In this document: one piece after another, positions 1-8,500 of the stretch
Layout of the letters: every line of letters starts with the position of its first letter
How positions within the stretch are numbered: the stretch's first letter is position 1
Source: Candidatus Bathyarchaeota archaeon
GTDB lineage: Archaea; Thermoproteota; Bathyarchaeia; TCS64
DNA: 34,773 bases
Direction: 5' to 3'
Assembly (NCBI GenBank): GCA_037439685.1
Contig: JBBIVO010000004.1
Coordinates: forward strand, 19,254-54,026
Position numbers and translations under genes: made by a program
Notes under the pieces: generated by a model
What the model was told of the DNA's origin: nothing
Seen by the model: the letters and a program-made list of their open reading frames with translations, nothing else
Databases searched by the model: none

Positions 1-64
1 ATGGGGCTCCTGAGACACCTGCTGGACAAGTCCTGCGTGGGTTCGAATCCCACCCCCCGCACCA
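1..64 (+). tRNA. tRNA-Leu, 3' part (5' half and anticodon outside window; probably intron-containing)
   Basis: T-arm GTGGG-TTCGAAT-CCCAC (37-53), acceptor strand CCCCCGC, discriminator A61, encoded CCA 62-64, long variable arm GGAC-AA-GTCC typical of Leu. Bases 6-10 cannot pair with the 3' anticodon stem CCTGC (18-22), so 1-16 is probably intron. Confidence 0.85.
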
Positions 65-131
65 CCATCCTATTTCAGGTCGTTTGCTTCCATCCCATTC
101 ACATCATCACCTTAATCTTTTGATGTCAGAA

Positions 132-444
132 TTATTCTTGGGGCAGATCTCTAGATAATATTTCTTCAACCTTCTTCTGAATCATTTGTTTGATTATTCC
201 AGTATCATCATCTTAAGTAGCTCTTCTCCCTTTCTTCTATCCTAAGGACAGCTTTCACACTCGATAGCCTTACTTCAATTAGAGCTCTACTTCAGGCGCA
301 TTCTCATAGCTTCATATCAAGCATGTCATTGCTTCAATCGTTAATTGGTTCCTCTTTAACCTTCCCATGAATTTTTAGTATAACCTTCTCTATGTCTCTT
401 CTGCTCAGGTGAATGTAGACGCTTGCCATCTTGCTCCCATACGC
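132..444 (-). pseudogene. Tyrosine recombinase/integrase C-terminal remnant
   Basis: Manual translation gives GSKMASVYIHLSRRDIEKVILKIHG, the catalytic-Tyr segment of archaeal integrases. A decayed Zn-ribbon follows (TCLI*SYENAPEVEL*LK*GY) with stops and frameshifts. It points toward the tRNA 3' end. Confidence 0.8.
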
Positions 445-748
445 ACCGCGTATACAAGGTTTACCATATGTGGGGACGTAGTCTAGCAAGCATCCTGTGG
501 AGTCCTGGATAGGTGGGACGACGGGCTCCGGAGGTTAAACTGTAGTTCACTAGCAGGTTTGGATGATCTTTCCACTGGAGCCGGAGCGAGGGGAAACCTG
601 TAGGGGCAGTATGTGTTTCATGAGAAGATGAGCATACATGGAGATGTAAGCTTCTGTGCCTTTTAGGGGGTGTTAGGGCAAGGCTATCGACCCTCCTCTA
701 ATACACAAAATAACGTTAATAAGTGGGAGGGACAGAATATTATTAAAG

Positions 749-1345
749 TTGATTACACCTCTGTCCGACGAGGAGAAGAGTAGGATACTAAAGGCGCTTG
801 AAGAGGATGCTGAATTCAGATACGCCATAGCAGGCCTAATCGGCATCTCAGAGACATTGAAGAGGTTAGATAGGCTTGAAGCGAATCAGGAGAAGCTTTG
901 GATGGAGGTCAGGAGCTTGAGGGAAGGTCAGGCTGAGATTTTGAGGGATTTGAGGGATCTTGAGGTTGGTTTTGAAAGGCTTACTTTGAGTGTCGAGGAT
1001 GAGGCTAGGGATGTCATTAGACACAGGCTGAAGGCTGAATTAAATGTTGACCTAAAGCTGGACAGGATCTGGGTTGATGAGAAGGAGATTGACATTTACG
1101 GGGCATCTGATGAGCTCGCTGTAGTGGGCGAGGCTACTGTTAGGCTGGGTGTTAAGGTGTTGGTTGATCTTGAGGAGAAGATAGATCTCATTAGGAAGAT
1201 GAGACCAGAGCTGCTGAAACCTAGGTTGATTAAGGTTGTGTACACCGACTACGCCCTACCATCGGCCTTAGAGTACGCTAAGGCTCAGGGTATATGGGTC
1301 TTAAAATGGAGCGGCGACCTTACACCCCTGATGATACACCAATGA
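749..1345 (+). CDS. Coiled-coil + PD-(D/E)xK-like domain protein (DUF3782/PaREP-like archaeal family)
   Basis: N-terminal LEEDAEFRYAIAGLIG, heptad coiled coil, then EIDIYG...VGEATVR restriction-endonuclease-like motif and AKAQGIWV tail. Confidence 0.75.
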   Translation: MITPLSDEEKSRILKALEEDAEFRYAIAGLIGISETLKRLDRLEANQEKLWMEVRSLREGQAEILRDLRDLEVGFERLTLSVEDEARDVIRHRLKAELNVDLKLDRIWVDEKEIDIYGASDELAVVGEATVRLGVKVLVDLEEKIDLIRKMRPELLKPRLIKVVYTDYALPSALEYAKAQGIWVLKWSGDLTPLMIHQ

Positions 1346-1619
1346 TACATCTTAGTCTTCACGCCGTGGATGTGTCAGGTGACCTTCTGGCTGAGGGTGT
1401 TGTGATCTTTAACGCCGTTTTATTAACATCTAGCATGTAAAAGAAAACCTGGTAAGAAATCTTCATACAAGCCAAGGTATTTACACGCATCTTGCTGGTT
1501 CAAGAGGCCCTCTCAGTCATTAGATGATTCGAATTGAAGAAAACTGAAGAATTTCTTAAAGATGAACAAGCCGAACTTGGTTTACCTTCAGGTATAAAGA
1601 TACTTTATCTTCGTCTTGC

Positions 1620-1949
1620 TTGATGTATTTGCTGGAAGACATAGTTGGAACCTACCTGACAGGTGTCACCGGAATTTTGATTGCTTCCGTGATTGGCGGG
1701 CCACTTCACACTCCTACGCTTGTTGAGATTGTTCTGGGCAAGGGAATGTTGGATCTAGGGATGTCAAAAGGCGTGTTGCTTAGCTGGCTTGTGGGACAAC
1801 CCTACGATGTGGCTAACGCATTATCTGTCTCAAGGATAGTACACTGGAAGGTAGTCCTAACATACATGGTCATAGCTTGGGCAGGCAGCGTGATATTTGG
1901 GCTCGTATGGAGTGTTAAGCGGATTCTTATAGGAGATGAATCGGCGTGA
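1620..1949 (+). pseudogene. C-terminal fragment of predicted permease (ArsP/DUF318, COG0701-like)
   Basis: GGPLHTPTLVEIVLGKGMLDLGMSKGVLLSWL matches the permease C-terminal repeat. The N-terminal two-thirds is missing, with stops upstream. Confidence 0.65.
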
Positions 1950-2238
1950 TAGAGATTAAACCTGTTAGCGTAAACGGAAATACGGTTGTTGGGGTGTCAA
2001 TTGGAGATCCAGATTTTCCCGGAAAGCTGGCCGTCATCGCGTTAATAGCCAAGAAGGGACTTATATGGGCGCTCTAGATGAACGCAATGTGACAGCGGCC
2101 AGAGTAGAAGGGTTGACAAAGATAGAGGACGCCTTAGAAGCGAAGATAGAATCTTGCACATTAAGAGCTCGTGTACTAGGTGTTGCAGAAGGCATGACAG
2201 GGAAAGACATCCTTACGAAACTTAATGATGGAGGATAA
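1946..2238 (+). pseudogene. YunC (DUF1805) family protein, frameshifted
   Basis: MIEIKPVSVNGNTVVGVSIG...ALIAKKGLI, then a frameshift/deletion where CGYLD is expected, then AARVEGLTKIEDALEAKIESCTLRARVLGVAEGMTGKDIL*. Its GTG overlaps the permease stop. Confidence 0.75.
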
Positions 2239-2244
2239 ATAATA

Positions 2245-2660
2245 TTGTTTGAGAAAATTCTAGTTCCGTTAGACGGGTCTGAGCACTCTTTAAGAGCCTT
2301 AGATGTTGCAATTCAAGTAACTAAAAAATTAGATTGAAAAATCACTTTAATATATGTATATTCAATTTGCGGCCTTGCAATATCTCTAACGGCAATCCAT
2401 GATTTCATTCAGGCAATTCGTAAGGTTGGCACCGGCATCTTGACAGATGGTGAAAGGAGGGTAAAGGCTGGAAAGGTTCAAATTGAAACATTGCTGATAG
2501 AGGGACACGCAGTTGAGCAGATAGTTAAAGCATGTGGGGAAGGCAGATCGACTTTGTCGTGGGTGCAAGGGGCCTAAGCAAGACGAAAGAAATACTTTTG
2601 GGAAGCGTAAGCGATGGAGTGACAAGACACGCAGGTTGCCCCGTTCTTGTGGTGAAGTAG
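2245..2660 (+). pseudogene. Universal stress protein (UspA family), nonsense + frameshift
   Basis: MFEKILVPLDGSEHSLRALDVAIQVTKKLD* ... EGHAVEQIVKAC, frameshift, then GARGLSKTKEILLGSVSDGVTRHAGCPVLVVK*. Confidence 0.9.
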
Positions 2661-2723
2661 CCTAATGCAGGTGTGTAAAATGCTTTTTGAGGGCGATCGA
2701 GTTGATTGAAAAAGAAAAATCTT

Positions 2724-2945
2724 GGTGCTGTGCAGTTGTAGGTTATCTTTTTGTTATTCTTGCTCCTTTGAATGTTCATTATGAGCCTATTGCAAAACTC
2801 TTAATGAGAGCTTGACTAGTCAACCTAGCTCATGAAGTTCTGTGAATGTGCGAAGCGGGCTTTTTCAGGAGACGGCGGCCCCCTCGGACATTTTTCTGCT
2901 GAGCGAATGAATGCGCAAAAAGATAACCTACAACGTAACGCCACC
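2724..2945. mobile_element. MITE-like non-autonomous element (222 bp)
   Basis: Perfect 19-bp inverted repeat GTTGTAGGTTATCTTTTTG (2735-2753) / CAAAAAGATAACCTACAAC (2916-2934). Outer ends GGTG...CACC sit at matching spacing. Flanks AAATCTT / AAATTTT look like a degenerate TSD. No coding content. Confidence 0.6.
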
Positions 2946-3018
2946 AAATTTTAGTTGAAGCTTGTTGGAAAATCCTTAATTGGATGTCTGGGTTCCATTA
3001 ACAATAGGTGTAAGGCCT

Positions 3019-3378
3019 TTGGGGTTTACCTACGTAAAAGTGAGGATAGTGAATGCGGAGAAGCCCAGTCTCTCTGATGTGGTTGAGTTGATCGTGGATA
3101 CGGGTGCGGTGTACACGATAGTTTCAGAGGATATTTTAGAAAAACTTCAAATTAAGAGGAGGGGAAGGAGGGTTTTTCAAACGGTGAATAAGCAGAAGAT
3201 CGAACGCGACATCGGAGTAGTTGTAGTCGAGTACATGGATAGAGTAGCCGGAACAATTGTGATTTTCGGCGAAGACAAAGATACCCCTGTGTTAGGAGTA
3301 ACTACGCTTGAAGAACTCGGGTTAGAAGTAGATCCCGTGACTAAGCAATTGAAACCAATGACACTACTTTTGCTCTGA
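3019..3378 (+). CDS. Clan AA (retropepsin-like) aspartic protease
   Basis: IVDTGA catalytic motif and LGVTTLEELGLEVDP tail. Start moved to TTG 3019 after AGGTG. Confidence 0.9.
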   Translation: MGFTYVKVRIVNAEKPSLSDVVELIVDTGAVYTIVSEDILEKLQIKRRGRRVFQTVNKQKIERDIGVVVVEYMDRVAGTIVIFGEDKDTPVLGVTTLEELGLEVDPVTKQLKPMTLLLL

Positions 3379-3764
3379 TAATTTTTATTTATAAGTTTTT
3401 GCAGAATCAACTATTTTAATTTAAGTTTGGGGCTTGAATTAATATAACTGGAGAATATCTCTTACCATGTGCATTTAGATCTACTCGAAAATCGATCTAT
3501 GAGAGATTTTTATGGCGTTCTATTAGAGTGCTGAACAATTATTCGAGGTTCGAACCAGGATGATAACATACTTCACCAAACCATATCCAAATACTAAGAT
3601 AGCCTTTCCCGCGGAGACGTAAAACACCGAAAGATTTTGAACTCCTTCTTTTTAATGGCCCACATCTTTATGCCAGACATCCCTACTATTAAGCCCCTAT
3701 AGCGATGGGCTTGAGCAGCCCTCCGCCTCCTAGCGTTCTGGGAGTAGGCTCTGATCGAACGCTG

Positions 3765-4266
3765 AGCCCTGCCGAGGCGCTTGATGCGGTGGCTGTTGTT
3801 CCTGCCCTTCAGGCCGGCGGTCAAGTAGATCTCGTCGAACTCCACGGCTCCACCCATCTTAACCGGCTGCTCCCCCCTCCTGAGGCTGAGCATCAGCCTC
3901 TTCAAGGCCTGAAAACGGTCATGCATCTTCGTTCTAGGAGCCAGCTCAGGCCCAGGCCAGAGTTGTGCAGACCCAAGAAGAGGAGGATGAGGATGAACCA
4001 CTCCCTTAAGCTCAGCCTAGAATAGTGGAACATTGTTCCGTCCTGTCGTTGAAGGCCCTTCCCCAAGCCTTGCAGTAGTGGCGCTTGAGGCCCTGCCCAT
4101 AACTCCCATGCCCCTTCACCCTCCCAGAGCCGCACCTAGGCAGCAAACCCCACCGCGCCACCTAACCATCCTGAAGAGCCTAGAACAGGCCACCTCATCC
4201 GAAAGAGGGTCAAAAATGTCTATAAAGGAACATCAGAAACGGCCACAAAAATCTTATTAAAGAGCG
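3765..4266 (-). mobile_element. Truncated, frameshifted IS1595-family (ISH4 group) element
   Basis: Left end CGCTCTT at 4266-4260 (ISH4-group terminus). Zn-ribbon VRWRGGVCC..CGS..YCKA.GRAFNDRTGTMFH, HTH, and first catalytic motif VEFDEIYLTAGLKGR. Several frameshifts; no right end found. Confidence 0.85.
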
Positions 4267-4308
4267 AAAATTTAAAACTTCCATGCTTCATCTATTTAGG
4301 GGGATGAG

Positions 4309-4710
4309 ATGGGTACAGAGATTGAAGAGCTATCCAAGGATGCTATGAAGCTGTATGAGGAGGCTCTGAGAGATTTAGAAGCTGGCAGAATAAGGAAGGC
4401 TGCGGAAAATGCTTGGTGTGCTACAATAAGGGCTACTGCTGCGTTATTAATAGCTAGAGGAAAAGCCAAAGGATGGGAAGATGTGAAATATGCAGGTCCA
4501 AGAAGAACACTTTTGGATGAGCTTGAGTCTGAGGATGAGGAGGTAGAGAAGCTTAGAATGTATGAGAGATACTGCGTACGATCCGATAGCCTACATGGAG
4601 CATGCTTCTATGAAGGGATATGTGAGCCATTGGAAAGGAATATCAAAAGGATAATAGAGACGGTGGACTACATTAAGGATGCAATGAAGCTAGCTGCATT
4701 GGTAGAGTAA
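4309..4710 (+). CDS. PaREP1 family (HEPN-related) protein
   Basis: LEAGRIRKAAENAW motif and RSDSLHGACFYE (Rx4H). Confidence 0.8.
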   Translation: MGTEIEELSKDAMKLYEEALRDLEAGRIRKAAENAWCATIRATAALLIARGKAKGWEDVKYAGPRRTLLDELESEDEEVEKLRMYERYCVRSDSLHGACFYEGICEPLERNIKRIIETVDYIKDAMKLAALVE

Positions 4711-5205
4711 ATCTCTAACCTTGTCCTCCTTCTTTGCGATATTTATTCCACAATCTTAACTAATACTCTGCCACATCCCTTCCAAATGATACACATTAGA
4801 TGCATACCATCTTTCCGTTGTGCCAATCCGAAGAACCCCTTCACCTGCGTCCCCTTAAGTGATAAGCTGAGAAAGTAGCTCTAGAGTGCCTGAAGTTTAT
4901 GTGGATTTGTCGAGATAAGATAAATTTCATAAAATAGTCTATATCACTTCAACTACGTCATATAACTTTAGCTATATGTCGTTACATACATCATGACATG
5001 TTCTCTCTGCCGAGAAACTGTGCTTTTCCCATGAAATATGTCATAACAGGTATATGAGTGGAAACGGCCCCTCTAACACCAATTTCCGATTTAGGTGTGT
5101 TCACCTTTATTCATTCTTCTATAATAGCTTGGCTTGATTTCTAAAACTATTCTGAATGTGAATGAACGTTAAATAAGCTCTTAGAGTTTCATTGGAGGGG
5201 TCTTC

Positions 5206-5380
5206 ATGGTTATGAAGATAAAGGTTGATGAGAGAAATATATATGTGTGAGGCTTGTTTGCTTGGATATTGCGATTAAGCGGCTGCGAAGGCGTGTCAAA
5301 AATATTGCTCAAAATATAATTCCTGCTCTTTATAAATAACGATTAAAGATATATATTTTCCAGGGCGAGATAAGCAGTCT
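5206..5380 (+). pseudogene. Decayed paralog of the Cys-rich mini-protein at 6733-6912
   Basis: YMCEACLLGYCD*AAAKACQKYCSKYNSCSL*ITIKDIYFP aligns by eye with YICEVCGLGYRDEETARACQKYCSNHNACSFELVSKAIYFP. Two stops and a frameshift. Confidence 0.85.
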
Positions 5381-5568
5381 TTGCGTGAAAGCTTTTAATT
5401 CTTGATAAGTATTTCCTGGATTTTAGAGCGATATTCACAAATGTAGTATTGAACTTTATTTATTCTTTTATAGGATAGCTTTGGCTCTCCTATATGCTTC
5501 CATCTCCAATACTTTAATTAACGCTTGAATCCAACATTGATCAAAGATGAGCTAACAGGAATAGGGAG

Positions 5569-5970
5569 CTAAATTAGCATGAAGGATTCTGTTTTCTTAA
5601 GTTTTCCTGTTGTTGTGTCTGGCATTAGATTTAAAAGCTCTAAGGTTGTTAAACCAATTATCCCCCAATCACTTAACTGCTTTGACCTTAACATTTCCTT
5701 AACTTCCTCGGGGATCTTCATAATGAGTAAATGAGCATAGGGTAATTCCTCTTTCTCAACAATAAGCTTTTCAATGACTGCTAACTCACCTTCCATTTTA
5801 TGTCCTGAGGCTGTTGTGAGCATCAGTGTACGTTTAACATAGTTGACGCCAACCCTATCAGCCACCTCTCTATCGACTATGGTTACCGAGGCACCGGTGT
5901 CAACGAGGGCAACACCCTCCGAATTGCCCTTCATACCCTCCAATCTTAATCTTGCCCGGACGATGGCCAA
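5569..5970 (-). CDS. Clan AA (retropepsin-like) aspartic protease
   Basis: ALVDTGASVT motif; IIGLTTLELLNLMPD tail. Confidence 0.9.
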   Translation of the reverse strand: MAIVRARLRLEGMKGNSEGVALVDTGASVTIVDREVADRVGVNYVKRTLMLTTASGHKMEGELAVIEKLIVEKEELPYAHLLIMKIPEEVKEMLRSKQLSDWGIIGLTTLELLNLMPDTTTGKLKKTESFMLI

Positions 5971-6087
5971 GATGGCTCACCGTGAATATTTCCTAAGCGG
6001 CGTAATAAGCTATTCCCTTTCTAAAAGCAAATTAAATCATTTCTACAATGTCATTTGTTGTATCGAATTCTTAAATGATTAACGAAT

Positions 6088-6492
6088 CTAGAGCGCTAGA
6101 AAAACTACTTTTTCTAATACTCCTTTTACAGTATTTGATATGTATCCAGCATCCTCTATGGCTGATATTCCTAGGATTATCTTCTCAGAGCCACCTAGCG
6201 ATTTAAGCCTCTCCTTAATCTCATCTGGAAATCTAAATACCATTACCCTTCTAGGCCCAATTTCAAAATCTTCGATGACAACACTTTTCAGAACCGTAAA
6301 TTGACATTCAACTGCCATGCCTAGGGTAGCGACCTTAGCCTTGCCGAAACTCTTTAGCCCCAACTCTGCTACAAGGACTTCATCAGCTATGATACCAGTG
6401 GCTCCAGTATAGACTAAAGATTTACCCTCAAACACCTTCACTTCACCATAAATTCTAATCTTAGCTTTCACATCCACCTTAGATCCTACCAA
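6088..6492 (-). CDS. Retropepsin-like protein with catalytic Asp replaced by Tyr (inactive or incipient pseudogene)
   Basis: LVYTGATG instead of LVDTGA (codon TAT at 6411-6409); ILGISAIED tail homologous to the neighbour. Confidence 0.75.
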   Translation of the reverse strand: MVGSKVDVKAKIRIYGEVKVFEGKSLVYTGATGIIADEVLVAELGLKSFGKAKVATLGMAVECQFTVLKSVVIEDFEIGPRRVMVFRFPDEIKERLKSLGGSEKIILGISAIEDAGYISNTVKGVLEKVVFLAL

Positions 6493-6732
6493 TGTTTATA
6501 CCTAAAGGGGGGTTTAAAAGCCTAGAGATTTTAATAGAGATTTACCCTCTTGCTTCATCTCTTGCTGTGAGGGTTCAAAGGAGGATTTAGATATTCCGAA
6601 AACCACATGATTTCGATAAAGAAGGCTTCAAGGAACTAATATCATTTTTCATAGATTTTATATAATTGCTTTCTCTCCAAACCTTATAATAAACTTTAAA
6701 TAACACTCCTATAACTTCATTGGATGATTGTA

Positions 6733-6912
6733 ATGGTTAGGAAGATGGAGATTGAAGGGAATATTATATATATATGCGAGGTTTGCGGGCTTGGATATCG
6801 CGACGAAGAGACTGCAAGGGCCTGTCAAAAATATTGCTCAAATCATAATGCCTGCTCTTTTGAACTGGTGAGCAAGGCCATATACTTCCCAGAAGAGCCT
6901 GGGCAATCTTGA
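6733..6912 (+). CDS. Small Cys-rich zinc-finger-like protein
   Basis: CEVC...CQKYC...HNAC in 59 aa; TTTAAATA TATA-like box at about 6695-6702. Confidence 0.75.
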   Translation: MVRKMEIEGNIIYICEVCGLGYRDEETARACQKYCSNHNACSFELVSKAIYFPEEPGQS

Positions 6913-7163
6913 TGATGAGCCCCCGTCTCCTAGGCAGTATGCCTCAGCCCTGAGGTCTACATTCACGGATGATGCTTCGCCTTCCGTAGGGCCTCTATTA
7001 TGGTAGCTAAATGGCTTGAATGAATGAGTGTGAAGCCGCTGGAGATCGCAAGGGGGTGAGGACCGGATATTATAACATTAACCGATTGGTGCTCTTAATC
7101 ATTCTGGGGCTTTAGGTAATGGCTAAATAGCCTTTCCGCCGTTCAACTTTGGGTGTTTGGGAG

Positions 7164-7697
7164 TTGAATCTTTGGAAGGATATCCCATGTGGGGAGAGGC
7201 CTCCGGAGGTCGTGAACATGGTGGTCGAGGTTGTGAGCGGCTCTAGGGACAAATACGAGTATAACCCCGACTGGGAGGCCTTTGTCCTCGACCGGATCAT
7301 ACCCTCATCTGTGGTCTTCCCAGTAGAGTATGGGTTTATTCCCCAGACCTGGTTCGACGATGAGGATCCCCTAGACATAATGGCCTTGAGCTACGAGCCC
7401 CTCGAGGTTGGATGCCTGGTTAAGGTTAGGGTCATAGGGGCGCTGATAATCGAGGACGAGAAGGGGGAAGACCCGAAGATACTCTCCGTCCTCGTGAATG
7501 ATGCAAGGTTCGAGGGGTATAGGGACATAAGCGATGTCCACCCCCACAAGCTGCGGGAGATACAGGAGTTCTTCGAAACCTACAAGAGGCTTGAGCCCTT
7601 CAGGTGGGCCAGGTTCAAGGAATGGAAAAACGCTGAGGAAGGGATGAAAATAGTGGAGTATGCCATTAAAAGGTTCAAGGAGCTGAAGGCGAAATGA
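7164..7697 (+). CDS. ppa: Family I inorganic pyrophosphatase
   Basis: KYEY, DR, YGFIPQT, DEDPLD, EDPKI and FFETYK motifs. Confidence 0.97.
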   Translation: MNLWKDIPCGERPPEVVNMVVEVVSGSRDKYEYNPDWEAFVLDRIIPSSVVFPVEYGFIPQTWFDDEDPLDIMALSYEPLEVGCLVKVRVIGALIIEDEKGEDPKILSVLVNDARFEGYRDISDVHPHKLREIQEFFETYKRLEPFRWARFKEWKNAEEGMKIVEYAIKRFKELKAK

Positions 7698-7804
7698 ATA
7701 CCCAAGGGCGGTTTCCAGAGACGCCTCTGACGAACCTATATCCTCTATAAGGAGAGACGAACTATTTTTCAGTTAAAAAATATGATGTTTTAATGAAATT
7801 GAGA

Positions 7805-8500
7805 TTATGGGATTAGGGCCATTATGACCTGTGTGGTGAGGGAGGCCAGGACTATGAGCTCTGGGATGCCTATTTTGGCCTTCACTCTCCTCCTTCTAGA
7901 TGCGAATCCCCTCAGCTCTGCTCCTATACCTGTCCACACGGCCCTCTCATACCCCACGCTTAGAAGGGGGAGCATCATGGACCTCACATCGGCCGGCGTT
8001 ATGGGGACCCTTCTGTATCCCCTCTCCAACCTCGCCAGCTGTATCTCCCTGAAGTCCTTCTGCATGAGGGGGAAAAGCCTTAGGGAGTAGGCTATTGAGA
8101 AGGCCAACCCCCTCGGCAGCCTGAGCTCGGCCTCAAGGTGCCTTATAAGGTCCCTGGGGCTCGTGAATGAGAAGAATATCAACGCCGCCCCCGCTATGGC
8201 GAGCAGCCTCAACCCTATGGTGAGGGTGGCGATGAGGGCGCCCATCCTCAGGGCGAGGGGGCCTATCTCGGCCACCAGCTCACCCGTGTTGGCCACGACC
8301 AGGGCGTTCAGAAGGGTTCCCCAGATGGCCAAGGTGAAGAGGAGGATCATCCACTTAGACCTCCTGAAGCCGAGAGTGAAGCCTAGGAGGCCGTTTGGCA
8401 CCCCGACTGCCATGAGCTGCCTGGGCTCCCGGAATATGAAGGCTAGAGCCGTGACGGCCAGGGCGTATAGGAATATGGAGGTGGGCGTGGGCCTCCTCAA
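7805..8500 (-). CDS. ECF transporter transmembrane T component (YkoC-like)
   Basis: Hydrophobic helices, coupling-helix motifs ARLERG and AELRGF; overlaps the ATPase stop. Confidence 0.88.
   Translation of the reverse strand: MRRPTPTSIFLYALAVTALAFIFREPRQLMAVGVPNGLLGFTLGFRRSKWMILLFTLAIWGTLLNALVVANTGELVAEIGPLALRMGALIATLTIGLRLLAIAGAALIFFSFTSPRDLIRHLEAELRLPRGLAFSIAYSLRLFPLMQKDFREIQLARLERGYRRVPITPADVRSMMLPLLSVGYERAVWTGIGAELRGFASRRRRVKAKIGIPELIVLASLTTQVIMALIP

Noticed and set aside
62-67. CCACCA after the tRNA as a degradation tag
   Set aside because: That tag is added post-transcriptionally; a genomic second CCA is probably trailer sequence.
1355-1380. IS605-type right end (GCCGTGGATGTGTCA)
   Set aside because: The required subterminal hairpin is absent and there is no tnpB sequence upstream.
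65-7150. attR duplicate of the tRNA 3' end
   Set aside because: No repeat of CCCACCCCCCGC found by eye; the GGTTCGAACC near 3550 has no tRNA stems.
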